DNA of 64,000 bases, taken from contig CAWDWR010000001.1 in NCBI GenBank assembly GCA_963806085.1, positions 1,733,573-1,797,572 on the forward strand, given 5' to 3'. The position numbers and the translations under genes are program-made. The notes under the pieces were generated by a model, which was not told where the DNA came from, searched no databases, and was given only the letters and a program-made list of their open reading frames with translations. This document shows positions 19,995 through 30,464 of this stretch, one piece after another; position 1 is the stretch's first letter, and each line of letters begins with the position of its first letter. The DNA comes from an uncultured Acidobacteriota bacterium. GTDB taxonomy: Bacteria; Acidobacteriota; Vicinamibacteria; Vicinamibacterales; JAKQTR01.

Positions 19995-21054
19995 TTCAAC
20001 TGATAGAAGTTCTTGATCGCCCTCGCCAGGATCTTCCCCTGCCGCTTCTTCTCGAGTCCCGCGCGCTCGTCCTGCCGCTCGGCCAGCGTGTCCTGCTCAC
20101 GCCTGAGGTCGAGGTAGCTCTGAAGGCGCCGTTCCTCCAGCCGGCCGTCGGCGACAGCCGCCTTGACCGCGCAGCCGGGCTCGTTGTCGTGGCGGCAATC
20201 CCTGAACCGGCAGCCCGGGGCCAGGGCCTCGATGTCGTCGAAGGCGGCGCCAAGCCCTTCCCCAGTGTCCCAGAGCTGCAGCTCGCGCAGGCCGGGCGTG
20301 TCGATGAGCAGGCCGCCTGCCGGCAGCACGATCAGCTGGCGGTGGGTCGTCGTGTGCCTGCCCTTCTGGTCGCTCTCGCGCACCGCGCGCGTCCGCTGCA
20401 GGTTGTGGCCGACCAGGCGGTTCACGAGCGTCGACTTGCCGACGCCCGATGACCCAAGCAACGCGACGGTGCTGCCGGGAGCGACGAACCGTTCGATCGC
20501 GGCCAGCTGCGCGTCGAGCTTCGTGCTCACCGCAATCACCGGCGCCCCGCCTGCGGCGGCCTCGACCTCGGCCACGCGCGCCGGCACGTCGTCGCAGAGG
20601 TCGGACTTGTTGAGAACCACGATCGGGCTTGCGCCGCCTTCGTGTGCGGTGGCGAGGTACCGCTCCATGCGCCGCAGGCTGTAATCGGCGTCGAGGCCCA
20701 TCATCAGGAACACGATGTCGATGTTCGCCGCGACGATCTGCTCGTCGGTCTCGTCGCCGGCGACCTTTCGCGAGAACTTGCTGCGGCGCGGGAGCACCGC
20801 GTGAATCACGGCCCGCCGGCCGGCCACGAGCGCGCGAAGCACCACCCAGTCGCCAACGGCCGGGTATCCCGCCGCGAGACAATGCGGTGCCGGAGGCTGC
20901 CGGACACCGTGGCGAGCAGGTCCGAATGGCCGGTGTGGATGGTGTAGATGTGCTGGTGCTCGAGGGTGACGCGCCCGGGCACGAACCCTTCAGCCGCAAA
21001 CGGCTGGAAATCGGCCGCGAACCCCTCGTCCCAGCCGAGCCCTTGAAGCTCCAC
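19985..21054 (-). pseudogene. rsgA: Ribosome small-subunit-dependent GTPase A, apparent -1 frameshift near 20872
   Basis: ORF 19985..20845 carries the GTPase (NKSDL, GSSGVGKST, DTPG) and the zinc knuckle CRFRDCRHDNEPGCAV. The OB-fold N-terminus (GWDEGFAADFQPF...TVSGSLRHRIVS) is in ORF 20806..21183. The expected AGYPAVGDWVVL continues in the downstream frame. GTG 21054 is preferred as the start because yceI diverges from 21182. Confidence 0.8.
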
Positions 21055-21181
21055 GGAATCGAGCGTACCACAGGCGGCCAGGCGGGCCGTGCGGACGGGA
21101 TCCTCGGGAGCACAGGCAGCGTCGAACCAGGGTGGGAGCGCCGGAGGCGCGAACGACCGGTCCCTCGATCTGGAGGCTCGC

Positions 21182-21784
21182 ATGTTTCGAACGTTCGTCG
21201 TCGCGGCCGGCCTGTTCCTGGCTGCCGCATCTCAGGTGCAGGCGCAGGTGTGGACCATAGACCCGGCGCATTCCGCCGCGCACTTCGCGGTCCGCCACAT
21301 GATGGTCTCGACCGTTCGTGGTGACCTGGGCAAGATCGCGGGCACGGTCACCTTCGATCCGGCGAAGCCGTCGGCAGGCTCCGTCGAAGCCACCATCGAC
21401 GCCACCGGCATCGACACGCGCGAGCCCGGGCGCGACAAGCACCTCAAGAGCGCCGACTTCTTCGACGCGGAGAAGTTCCCGACGATCACGTTCACGTCGA
21501 CGAAGATCGAACCCGCGGCGGGCGGCGGCTTCAAGGTCACCGGCGACCTGACGATGAAGGGCGTGACGAAGCAGGTGGTGCTGGACGTCGAACCCCTGCG
21601 GCCGGCGATCAAGGACCAGCGGGGCACCGCGCGCACCGGCACGGCGGCCACGACGAAGCTGAACCGGCAGGACTTCGGGATCTCGTGGAGCCGGACGCTG
21701 GACGGCGGCGGCGTCGTGGTGTCGGACGAGGTGTCGGTCACCATCGACGTCGAATTGGTCGCCGCGGCGCCTGCCGCGAAGTAG
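21182..21784 (+). CDS. YceI-family periplasmic protein
   Basis: ORF 21089..21784. Met32 is followed by a signal peptide (MFRTFVVAAGLFLAAASQVQA). It reads WTIDPAHSAAHFAVRHMMVSTVRG...D...LKSADFFD..KFP.ITF.S, the YceI signature. Confidence 0.9.
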   Translation: MFRTFVVAAGLFLAAASQVQAQVWTIDPAHSAAHFAVRHMMVSTVRGDLGKIAGTVTFDPAKPSAGSVEATIDATGIDTREPGRDKHLKSADFFDAEKFPTITFTSTKIEPAAGGGFKVTGDLTMKGVTKQVVLDVEPLRPAIKDQRGTARTGTAATTKLNRQDFGISWSRTLDGGGVVVSDEVSVTIDVELVAAAPAAK

Positions 21785-21790
21785 CCTCAC

Positions 21791-23389
21791 CTATCTGAGC
21801 GGCGGCGTGCTCGCCGGCGGACGCCGGTGGCGCGTCGCCTGCTCGTACGCGTAGGCCAGCCGGATCAGCACCGGCTCGGACCACGCCCGGCCGAAGAAGG
21901 TCATCCCGGCCGGCAACCGCCCGCCCCGCGTGTACCCCATCGGCACCTGGATCGCCGGAAACCCCGTCGTCGGCGAGAAGAACTGGCTGTTATCGCCATG
22001 CGGCGTGTTGAGATCCCCGATGAGGCGCGGTGGATTGCTCCACGTCGGGTACACGAACGCGTCCAGTTTCTGCGCGTCCATCGCCTGCGTCACCGCGGCG
22101 CGAACGGCGTCGCGATAGGCGCGGTCGGCCCCGCACGCCGGTGAGTCGGGACCGTTCTCCGGACCGGCTTCGGCCTGTTCGAGCCGGCGCTGCACGCTGG
22201 GATGGAAGCGCCCGCTCTTGACGATCTCCGCCAGGCTCTTCACCGGGATGCGGTCGCCGTGCGAGGCGAGGTACCGGTTGATGTCGTGCTTGAAGCCCAT
22301 GCAGGGCCCGGCATCGCGAGGGCGCTGGATCGCGTCGAGGCCCTCGACCGGAGCCGGGTCGACAATCGTCGCCCCGGCCCGCCGGAGGTCTTCGAGCGCG
22401 GCGAGAAACACCTGCACCACTTCCGGGTCCGTCGAGTCGCGCTCGTAGGCCCGTCGGAGCACGCCGATCCGCGCGCCCTTCAGCCCGTCGGCGACGAGCG
22501 CCTTCCCATAGTCCTGCGGCAGATGATCCCGCGCGGCCGCCGTCACCGGGTCCGCGGGATCCTCCCCTGCGACGACCTGGAACACCGCCACCGCGTCGGC
22601 CACGGTGCGCGTCATCGGGCCCGCGATGTCGGCAAGCGTGGAGAGCGGCATCACCCCGCCCCTGCTCGTCAGCCCCATCGTCGAGCGGATGCCAACGAGC
22701 GACTGGTGCGATGACGGCCCGCGAATCGAGTTGCCGGTGTCGCTGCCGAGGCCCGCCGCCCCGAAACTGGCGGCGACTGCGGCAGCCGTTCCGCCGCTCG
22801 AGCCCGCGGTCACGCGGTCGAGGGCGTACGGGTTCTTCGTGTAGCCCGGCAGGATCGAACTGACGGTCTCGTACGGCGTGAACGCCCACTCCGCCATGTT
22901 CGACTTCGCGAGCACGATGGCGCCGGCCTCCTTCACGCGCTTCACCTGGAACGCATCCTTGTCGGACACGAAGCCGGCCAGCGCCAGGGAACCGTTCGCG
23001 CTCTGCAGGCCGATGGTCTCGAAGTTGTCCTTCACGATCAGCGGCACGCAGTGGAGCGGACCGACGGCCCCCCCGGCCGCGTACCGGCGGTCGAGTTCGT
23101 CGGCCAGCCTCAACGCCTCAGGGTTGGTGACGACGATGGCATTGATGGCGGGGCCGTTCTTGTCGAAGGCCTCGATGCGGCGGAGGTACTGCTCGACCAG
23201 CGCGCGGCACGTGAGGCGGCCGGCCCGCATCTCCTGGTGGATCTGCGCGATCGTCGCCTCCTGCGCCTCGAACGCGGGCGGGGACTGGGCCGAGGGCGTC
23301 GCGATGACCGCCAGGGTCGCGATCATGACCGCCGCAACCAGTGCGGCGGCGATTCGGGTCACCGGCATGCGTGTCCTCCGCGCTACCAC
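21791..23389 (-). CDS. Amidase (amidase-signature family), secreted
   Basis: 532-aa ORF with a signal peptide. The AS motif is GSSGGTAAAVAASFGAAGLGSDTGNSIRGPS. Confidence 0.9.
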   Translation of the reverse strand: MVARRTRMPVTRIAAALVAAVMIATLAVIATPSAQSPPAFEAQEATIAQIHQEMRAGRLTCRALVEQYLRRIEAFDKNGPAINAIVVTNPEALRLADELDRRYAAGGAVGPLHCVPLIVKDNFETIGLQSANGSLALAGFVSDKDAFQVKRVKEAGAIVLAKSNMAEWAFTPYETVSSILPGYTKNPYALDRVTAGSSGGTAAAVAASFGAAGLGSDTGNSIRGPSSHQSLVGIRSTMGLTSRGGVMPLSTLADIAGPMTRTVADAVAVFQVVAGEDPADPVTAAARDHLPQDYGKALVADGLKGARIGVLRRAYERDSTDPEVVQVFLAALEDLRRAGATIVDPAPVEGLDAIQRPRDAGPCMGFKHDINRYLASHGDRIPVKSLAEIVKSGRFHPSVQRRLEQAEAGPENGPDSPACGADRAYRDAVRAAVTQAMDAQKLDAFVYPTWSNPPRLIGDLNTPHGDNSQFFSPTTGFPAIQVPMGYTRGGRLPAGMTFFGRAWSEPVLIRLAYAYEQATRHRRPPASTPPLR

Positions 23390-24933
23390 CGAAGCGCCGC
23401 GAGCAGCGCGGCATAGGTTTCGATCCCGCGCCAGAAGTGGCCGAGGCGCAGGTTCTCGTTGTGCGAGTGCTGACTGTTGTCGTAGTTGACGATGGGCACG
23501 GCGATGACGGGCAGGCCGAGTCGGTCGAAGAGGTGCATCGGGACGCTGCCGCCGAGCGTCGGGGCCTTGACGACATCGCCCCCGAACGCGCCGTCGATCA
23601 CGCGCGCCACCGCCACCGAGACCGGGATGTCCATGGACGTGCGGGTAGCCGGGTAGCCGCCGCCGTAGTCGATCCGCGCGACGCGCGGGCGGGCTCGCCG
23701 CTCCTCGGGCGTGGGCTCGCGGTCGCGCACCACGAAGTATCCCTGTCTCTCGATGTGGGCGACGACGCGGGCCATCTGGCGATCCGGGTCGATGGTCTTC
23801 ACGAGCCGGACGTCACACGACGCCTCGGCGCGGTCGGGCACCACGTTCTGGGACTCGTCGCCCACGTATGCGCTGCGAAGTCCGCGGATGTTGAGCGACG
23901 GCTCGTTGATGAGCTCGGCGAGCTTCCGGCCTCCGCCTTCCGGCTCGCCGAACTGCAGTTCGCGCATCAGCTCGGCGTCGTTGAACGGCATCGCGTCCAC
24001 GGCGGCGCGCTCGCGGGCGGTCAGCGGCACGACGTCGGCGTAGAAGCCGTCGATCGTGACACGTCCTGTGGCGTCCTTCATCGAGGCCAGGAGCTGGGCC
24101 AGGTGCATCGCCGGGTTCGGCGCCCAGTTCCCGTAGTGGCCGCTGTGCAGGCTGCGCACGGGGCCGTAAACCGTGAGATTGAAGTCGAGGACGCCTCGGT
24201 TCCCGTAAGAGATGAGCGGGCGCCCGGACTGATGCACGGGACCGTCGCCCGTGACGAGCACGTCGCCCCGCACGAAGTCGCGGTTCGCGGCGAGCGCCGC
24301 TTCGAGGCCGGGCGACCCTCTCTCCTCTTCGCTGTCGAGCACGACCTTCAGGTTGACGACGCGAGGAATGCCTTTCGCGGCCAGGGCATCGACGGCAGCG
24401 AGCATGGCAACGATGGGTGACTTGTCGTCCGAGGACGAGCGCGCGTAGATCCGCCAGTCGTCCTGGTAGGGCGTGCCCGCGTCCGGGAACGCGCGAGTCG
24501 TTCCGCCCGCCTCGATACTGCCGGTTCGGAGCGCGGGTTCGAACGGCTTCGTTCCGGTCCACGCCGCTGGATCGACCGGCTGGCCGTCGTAATGCGCGTA
24601 GAACATCATCGTGCGCGCGGCGCCAGGAGCGGGAAGTTCGGCGAACACGATGGGCCCGCGCTTCGGCACGCCGAAGAATCGCACCTGGAAGCCGCGCCGC
24701 TCGAACACGGTCTTGAGGAGTTCAGCGTTCCTGCGGATGTTCGGCTCGTCCGAGGCGATGTTGGGAATCGAGAGCAGGCCGACGAGTTCGGCGACGATGG
24801 GCTGCTCGTGCGCGAGCCGGTACTCACGCACCGCCTTCGCGACGTCGGCGGGTGATGGCGGAGCCTGGACAGCCCCGAGGCTCAGGTGGACCCCAACTAC
24901 CAGAACTGCGGTGAGCGACCGTGGCCGAATCAT
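23383..24933 (-). CDS. M20-family metallopeptidase/dipeptidase, secreted
   Basis: 516-aa ORF. It reads YAHYDGQPVD, SSDDKSPIVA and VLDSEEERGSPG, typical of M20/M25/M40. Confidence 0.9.
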   Translation of the reverse strand: MIRPRSLTAVLVVGVHLSLGAVQAPPSPADVAKAVREYRLAHEQPIVAELVGLLSIPNIASDEPNIRRNAELLKTVFERRGFQVRFFGVPKRGPIVFAELPAPGAARTMMFYAHYDGQPVDPAAWTGTKPFEPALRTGSIEAGGTTRAFPDAGTPYQDDWRIYARSSSDDKSPIVAMLAAVDALAAKGIPRVVNLKVVLDSEEERGSPGLEAALAANRDFVRGDVLVTGDGPVHQSGRPLISYGNRGVLDFNLTVYGPVRSLHSGHYGNWAPNPAMHLAQLLASMKDATGRVTIDGFYADVVPLTARERAAVDAMPFNDAELMRELQFGEPEGGGRKLAELINEPSLNIRGLRSAYVGDESQNVVPDRAEASCDVRLVKTIDPDRQMARVVAHIERQGYFVVRDREPTPEERRARPRVARIDYGGGYPATRTSMDIPVSVAVARVIDGAFGGDVVKAPTLGGSVPMHLFDRLGLPVIAVPIVNYDNSQHSHNENLRLGHFWRGIETYAALLAALRW

Positions 24934-25045
24934 CTGCAGGGCACCTCTCTGACCTCGATGATCGCCGCATCAGGAACGTAGAGTCCAGTTTGAAGTGCGT
25001 GGAGGGCCAGGAGAGATGAGGCTGCCGGAGCCTTCCGTACATGAC

Positions 25046-25072
25046 CCGGGCTGCCTTCCGCAGGCAGCCCGG
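25046..25072 (-). terminator. Hairpin downstream of the S8 protease gene
   Basis: CCGGGCTGCCT-TCCGC-AGGCAGCCCGG, a perfect 11-bp stem, about 56 nt after the stop at 25128. Confidence 0.45.
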
Positions 25073-25127
25073 ATCTTTGTGGAGTCCGGTGTGACGGGCC
25101 CGCACGGCCCGCACGTGTCCTACGGCG

Positions 25128-26489
25128 TCAAGGCAGCATACTCAGCGCGACGTCGGCTCTCACGAGACCGTAGCCACTCGCGCTGGCTCCCCAGCATACC
25201 GGATCGGTTCCCCCACCGGAGTTCGGCACACTTCGGCAGCCTGCCCCGAGGGGCAGCGCCGAATTCCTGATGATAGTCTCCGCCTCGCCAGGCAAGAGCG
25301 AGGCGTCTTTCTGGAGCAGCAGCGCGACAACTCCCGCCACGTGCGGGCTCGCCATGCTGGTGCCGCCGAGGAAGTAGTAGGACGTCTTCCCGCTGTCAAG
25401 TTGGTAGGGACCGACAACCCAGGAGCCTGGAGCCGCGACGTCCAGCTCTTGGTCAGTGAGGAGCCGGCTCGAGAAGTCGGCGATACAAAAGTCAGCAGGA
25501 TTCGTCGGGTCCGGGACGTTGCCGGACCACCACCACATCGCGCCGGTCCATTCACCGACCCATCCCGCTGCCGCAACGGAAATCACAGGCGCATACGCTC
25601 CCGGGTAGCCCATCCCGTCTTCGCCTTCGTTTCCCGCCGATGCCACGATGATCACGCCCTTGTCGATGGCGTAGTCGATCGCCGCCATTTCGCGCGCGTC
25701 GAGCGCTGGTCCGCCCAAACTCATGTTGATGACAACAGGAGCGTTCTTCAGCGGCCCCGCTTTGAGATCTGCCACGTATGTGATTCCGCGCGCGATCACG
25801 GACGACCAGCCGGACCCGTTCTGGTTCAGGACCTTGACCGGAATCACGGTTGCCTTCGGGGCGACGCCGTTGACTGGCGTCCCGTACCGGCTGTATCCCA
25901 GAATCGTGCTGGTGACATGGGTGCCGTGCGAGTTCTGGTCGTGCTCCCACTTGTTCGGCTGCGTCGAGACGTTCTCCTGATCCCCTCCGCCGCCGCCGAA
26001 CGACTTCGCGTACCCGGTGGCGATGCGTTCCTGTGGGAAATACTGCCGCCAGGAATCCAAGAGGCCGGTGTCCAGGACCGCGACGTAAACGCCGGTGCCG
26101 TCATACGTGACCTGACGGTTTTCGAGCCCGAAGTCTGTCACATTGATCGCGTCCATGTCCCACGTGCTCAGCCAGTCCATGAAGTCCGTGGCTGCCACCG
26201 TGTCCACCGGCGCCCCTTTGCGCTCGGCATCGGGAGAGGCCGACGCGACGATCGAGAGCGCCTGGATGGACGCCAACTCGCTCGCGCGCGCCTGCAGCGT
26301 CACCGCGTTCAGTTCGGGAATCTGATCCCTGACCCGCCCGAACCTGCCGAGTTCGGCCAGGGCGGCCTTCGTGATGGTGGTCTTGAGCACCACGTTGACG
26401 CCAATCATCCTGTCCTGCGGCGCCCCCGACACGAATACGCCGCCCGCCACCAACAGAGCCGCCACGACGAGAGCCGCTGCGCGTTTCAT
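25128..26489 (-). CDS. S8-family (subtilisin-like) serine protease, secreted
   Basis: ORF 25128..26546. Met20 is preceded by GAGGAGG. The catalytic triad contexts are VAVLDTGL, HGTHVTST and GTSMASPHVAG. Confidence 0.9.
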   Translation of the reverse strand: MKRAAALVVAALLVAGGVFVSGAPQDRMIGVNVVLKTTITKAALAELGRFGRVRDQIPELNAVTLQARASELASIQALSIVASASPDAERKGAPVDTVAATDFMDWLSTWDMDAINVTDFGLENRQVTYDGTGVYVAVLDTGLLDSWRQYFPQERIATGYAKSFGGGGGDQENVSTQPNKWEHDQNSHGTHVTSTILGYSRYGTPVNGVAPKATVIPVKVLNQNGSGWSSVIARGITYVADLKAGPLKNAPVVINMSLGGPALDAREMAAIDYAIDKGVIIVASAGNEGEDGMGYPGAYAPVISVAAAGWVGEWTGAMWWWSGNVPDPTNPADFCIADFSSRLLTDQELDVAAPGSWVVGPYQLDSGKTSYYFLGGTSMASPHVAGVVALLLQKDASLLPGEAETIIRNSALPLGAGCRSVPNSGGGTDPVCWGASASGYGLVRADVALSMLP

Positions 26490-26549
26490 GAACTGGCCTC
26501 CTCTGCCGGCCTCCGCTGACCCCGACGGCGTGGGGATGCCGCGCAATCG

Positions 26550-26567
26550 TGTGCAGAAACATGCACA
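26550..26567. promoter_or_regulatory. Candidate operator palindrome in a divergent promoter region
   Basis: TGTGCA-gaaaca-TGCACA, between the S8 protease (-) and SDR (+) starts. Confidence 0.25.
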
Positions 26568-26690
26568 TCAATTCACCCGCTCCGCGAGGTGTCAAGCACA
26601 CGCTGCAGGTCGCGCGACCTTCTCGCGCCTTGCGGAGTTGAGACTCGTAGCCATACAGTGGGAGTTACATCAGCTACGGAGAGCAACGTA

Positions 26691-27422
26691 ATGACTCAGG
26701 AACATCGTGTCGCCCTCGTCACCGGCGGCTCCAAAGGCATCGGCCGGGCGATTGCCGCGGCCCTTCTCGACACGGGCACCCACGTGTTGATCACCGGACG
26801 CGACCGCGCGGCGCTGGCGTCCGCCGCGGGCGACCTCTCGCTGCGCGCGCAGCCGTCGGGCGCGCAGGTGCAGTGGTTCGCCGGCGACGTGAGGCGAGAG
26901 GCCGACGCCAACGCCATGGTCGCCGCGTCGGCCGAGCGCTTTGGCGGCCTCGACATCCTGGTCAACAACGCTGCGGTGGGCATCCTCGTGGAAGCGGCGG
27001 ACATGACCGGCGATCAGTGGCGCGAGACGATCGAGACGAACCTGAGCGGCGTCTTCTACTGCACGCACGCGGCGATTCCGCACCTGCGCGCGCGCGGCGG
27101 CGGCTGGATCATCAACATCAGCAGCCTCGCCAACCGCAACCCGTTCCCGCGCGGCGCGGCCTATTCGGCCACCAAGGCCGGCCTCAACGCGTTCAGTGAG
27201 GCGCTGATGCAGGAACTGCGCTACGACGGCATCCGCGTCAGCACGATTTGTCCCGGTTCGGTGCGGACCGGGTTCTCCGGAGCCGACGCCGGCGCGGGCG
27301 CCGATTGGAAACTGGCGCCCGAGGACGTGGCGCAGGTTGTCGTCGACCTCATCGCCCATCCCGGGCGCAGCCTGCCAAGCCTGGTGGACATCCGGCCGTC
27401 GATGCCGCCGCGGAAGAAGTAG
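26691..27422 (+). CDS. SDR-family oxidoreductase
   Basis: ORF 26589..27422, starting at Met35 (MTQEHRVALVTGGSKGIGRAIA). It has TGxxxGIG, NNAA and the YSATKAG active site. Confidence 0.9.
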   Translation: MTQEHRVALVTGGSKGIGRAIAAALLDTGTHVLITGRDRAALASAAGDLSLRAQPSGAQVQWFAGDVRREADANAMVAASAERFGGLDILVNNAAVGILVEAADMTGDQWRETIETNLSGVFYCTHAAIPHLRARGGGWIINISSLANRNPFPRGAAYSATKAGLNAFSEALMQELRYDGIRVSTICPGSVRTGFSGADAGAGADWKLAPEDVAQVVVDLIAHPGRSLPSLVDIRPSMPPRKK

Positions 27423-27442
27423 GACACACCGGGAACTGACGC

Positions 27443-27916
27443 ATGGATTTCGAAGCTTACGGCCTGGTGCTCGCCCTTCATTCGACGCTGCGATGGGTGG
27501 TCCTTGGAGCGGGACTCGTCGCCGCGGCGGCGGCGTGGGCCAGCCGCCTTGGTTCCCGGTCGTGGGCCGACACCACCCTGGCCACGGGCCGGGCGTTCGC
27601 CATCGCCATGGACCTGCAGTTCGTCGTCGGGCTGACTCTCTACGTGGTGCTCAGCCCGACGGTGGCGTCCGGCTTCAGCAATGTGACCGGGGCGATGGCC
27701 GACGCGCAGCACCGCTTCTGGATGGTCGAGCATCCGGCCGCCATGATCGGCGCGCTGGTGCTCGCGCACATCGGCGTCGCCAAGGCCAGGCGCGCCGGCC
27801 GCTCCGACGGCCCCGGCCCGGCGGCCTGTTACTTCACGCTGGCGATCCTGCTCGTGGTCGCCGTGCTCCCGTGGCCGTTCCTGGACTACGGCCGGCCGCT
27901 GCTGCCAAGTTGGTGA
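27443..27916 (+). CDS. Hypothetical integral membrane protein (about 4 TM helices)
   Basis: 157-aa ORF with high GC3 and four hydrophobic segments. No recognisable motif. Confidence 0.6.
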   Translation: MDFEAYGLVLALHSTLRWVVLGAGLVAAAAAWASRLGSRSWADTTLATGRAFAIAMDLQFVVGLTLYVVLSPTVASGFSNVTGAMADAQHRFWMVEHPAAMIGALVLAHIGVAKARRAGRSDGPGPAACYFTLAILLVVAVLPWPFLDYGRPLLPSW

Positions 27917-27949
27917 CGCCATCGGCCGACGGACCGGCACGGCGCGATG

Positions 27950-30427
27950 CTATCTCGCCGTCACGCGCGCGGGAATGCCGATTTTCCGCATCAGTGCCTC
28001 GAAGCGCGGATCGTCGCGCATCCCGTCGAACGCCGGGTCGGCGGGGACGTGGAGCAACTGCGGCAGGCGGACCGCGTACGCCTTCTCGAGCCACACCATC
28101 GCCGCGTCGGGCTCCCCCGCGTCCGCGTAGGCCGCCGCCACGGCCATATAGTTCGTGACCGCGCCCGCGGACGCCGGCGCCAGCTGATCCGCGCGCGCTT
28201 TCATGGCCGCGCGCGGCCCGCCGCGGCGGAACGCCTGCTCGAACGTCTGCCACGCCTCGGAGCCGCCGCCGAGGCTGAGCCGCTGTTCGGCAAGCGCCTC
28301 CTCGTAGCGATGCTGGTACCAGAACGCGTCGGCCCGCGGGCCATGAGCCCAGGTTGCGTCGGGAAACAGCTGAAGCACCCGCCGGGTCTCCGCGATCACG
28401 TCGTCGTACCGGCGGGTGGCCAGCGTGTGGAACATCACGACCATGTTCGCCAGCCTCGACATCGGGTCGTAGCTCCTGCCGAGGTTGACCTGCTCGAGGC
28501 TCTCGTCGAGCCGGCCCTGAATCATGAGGTAGTCGGCGTACAGATGCCGCACCATCGAGTTGTGCGGGTTCAGCGGCACCGCGCGCTCGATGCGGCGTCG
28601 GGCGGCCTCGAAGTCCCAGTCGAAGTACAGCTCGATGCCCCCCAGCACGGCGTGCGCCTGGCCGTCCGATTCGTCGATGGCCAGTGCCCGCTGCGCCGCC
28701 TCCCGTCCGGCCCGCGCGGCGTCCGGCGCCGGGGTCCGTCCGAAGATGCCCGAGAGCAGCGAGCAGGCGGCCAGGCCGCTCCAGCCGCTCGCGAAGCCGG
28801 GGTCGAGTCTCATCGCCTCCTCGAAATGCCCGCGTGCCTCCGCGACATTGACCGCAGAGGGTCCCTGGTTGATCACGTACTGGCCGCGGAGATACGCCTC
28901 GTACGCCTCAGGCCGGACCGGCTTCGCGATGGGGCGCGCGGGCGGGTCCGGCGGCGCGGCGCCGCCGAGGTTCGCCTGGACTTCGCGCGCGATCGCGCCG
29001 GACACCTCGCTGAGCAGCGGCAGCACGTCCTGGAGCTCGCGGTCGTAGCTGTCGGCCCACACGTGCGCGTCGGTCGCGCCGAGGATGAGCTGCGCGGTGA
29101 TGCGCACCTTGGTTCCCGCGCGCAGGACCGACCCCTCGATGAGCGCATCGACGCCAAGCTCCCGCGCGAGGTCCTTCATCGACCGCGCCTGGCCCTTGAA
29201 CCGCATCACCGAGTTGCGCGAGATGACGTTCACCGTGCCGAGCCTGGCGAGGTCCGTGATGAGCGCCTCGTGAATGCCGTCGACGAAGTACTCCTGCGTG
29301 GCATCGCGCATCAGGTTGTCGAACGGGAGCACCGCAATCGAGCGGATGGCCGTGCCGCTTCCTCTCGACGGACCGGCCGGCTGCGGGGGAAGGACCAGGG
29401 TCCACAGGACCACGGCGGCAACGACGACGGCCGCCGCCGCGCCGATCGCGCGCCACACCCTCCGCCGCGGCCTCGCGGCCGTCTGCAGGGCCTCGGGGAT
29501 CGCGGTGGCGCCGGCGCCTGGCGGCGGGCCCGGGGATGCCCCAGGCCCCGGTGCCGGTGCGCGTTTCGCTTCGTCGGCGACCTCCTGCAGGTCGTTCCGC
29601 AGATCGAGCGCCGACTGCAGGCGATGCCGGACGTCCTTCTCCAGGCAGCGGCGGACGATGCGGGCGAGACCCGCGGGTACGCGCGGCGCGATCGTCTCGA
29701 GGGGCCGGGCTTCCGTGCCAAGGACGGCCGAGGCGACGTCGACAGCCGTTTCGCCCCTGAACGGGCGCACGCCCGCGGCCAGTTCGTAGAGGAGTACCCC
29801 GAAGGCGAAGAGATCGGCGCGCGCGTCGACGCGTTCACCCCGCAGTTGCTCGGGGGCCATGTACGCCACGGTGCCGAGAACGCTGCCCTCGACGGTCATC
29901 CCCTCCCTGGCGACCGTCGTCCCGTCACCGGCGAGTGGGGCCGCGCGCTCCGTCGCGAGGCCGAAGTCCAACACCTTCACGCGGCCGTCATCGCCAAGCA
30001 TGATGTTCGCGGGCTTCAGGTCGCGGTGGACGATGCCCCGCTCGTGCGCCGACGCAAGCGCATCCGCCACCGGCACCATGAGTTCAAGGATGCGGGACGG
30101 CTCCAGCCCGCCGGTTTGGTCGATCACGTCCGCCAGCGTGCGTCCCGTCACGCGCTCCATGACGAGGAAGCGAATGCCGCCGGCCTCCGCGACATCGTGC
30201 AGCGTGACGATGTTGGGGTGGTTCAGGGACGCGATTGTCCGGGCTTCGCGCTCGAAACGCGCCAGGCGCCCAAGGTCGCCGGCCACCTCCGCCGGCAGCA
30301 CCTTGATGGCGACTTCACGTCCGAGGCGGGTGTCGCAGGCGAGATAGACCTCGCCCATCCCGCCCGCACCAAGCATGCCGAGGATCTCGTAGGCTCCCAG
30401 CCGCGCGCCAGCCGCAAACGTCATCAT
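27950..30427 (-). CDS. Ser/Thr protein kinase with TM helix, TolB-N-like domain and TPR repeats
   Basis: 825-aa ORF. Hanks kinase motifs are GAGGMGEVY, AIKVL, HRDLKPANIM, DFGLA and APEQ. A TM helix follows, then SIAVLPFDNL...EG.V and TPR repeats. Confidence 0.9.
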   Translation of the reverse strand: MMTFAAGARLGAYEILGMLGAGGMGEVYLACDTRLGREVAIKVLPAEVAGDLGRLARFEREARTIASLNHPNIVTLHDVAEAGGIRFLVMERVTGRTLADVIDQTGGLEPSRILELMVPVADALASAHERGIVHRDLKPANIMLGDDGRVKVLDFGLATERAAPLAGDGTTVAREGMTVEGSVLGTVAYMAPEQLRGERVDARADLFAFGVLLYELAAGVRPFRGETAVDVASAVLGTEARPLETIAPRVPAGLARIVRRCLEKDVRHRLQSALDLRNDLQEVADEAKRAPAPGPGASPGPPPGAGATAIPEALQTAARPRRRVWRAIGAAAAVVVAAVVLWTLVLPPQPAGPSRGSGTAIRSIAVLPFDNLMRDATQEYFVDGIHEALITDLARLGTVNVISRNSVMRFKGQARSMKDLARELGVDALIEGSVLRAGTKVRITAQLILGATDAHVWADSYDRELQDVLPLLSEVSGAIAREVQANLGGAAPPDPPARPIAKPVRPEAYEAYLRGQYVINQGPSAVNVAEARGHFEEAMRLDPGFASGWSGLAACSLLSGIFGRTPAPDAARAGREAAQRALAIDESDGQAHAVLGGIELYFDWDFEAARRRIERAVPLNPHNSMVRHLYADYLMIQGRLDESLEQVNLGRSYDPMSRLANMVVMFHTLATRRYDDVIAETRRVLQLFPDATWAHGPRADAFWYQHRYEEALAEQRLSLGGGSEAWQTFEQAFRRGGPRAAMKARADQLAPASAGAVTNYMAVAAAYADAGEPDAAMVWLEKAYAVRLPQLLHVPADPAFDGMRDDPRFEALMRKIGIPARVTAR

Positions 30428-30464
30428 GGACCTCAGGTGCGTCCAACCGCCCCGGAGAGGCGGC

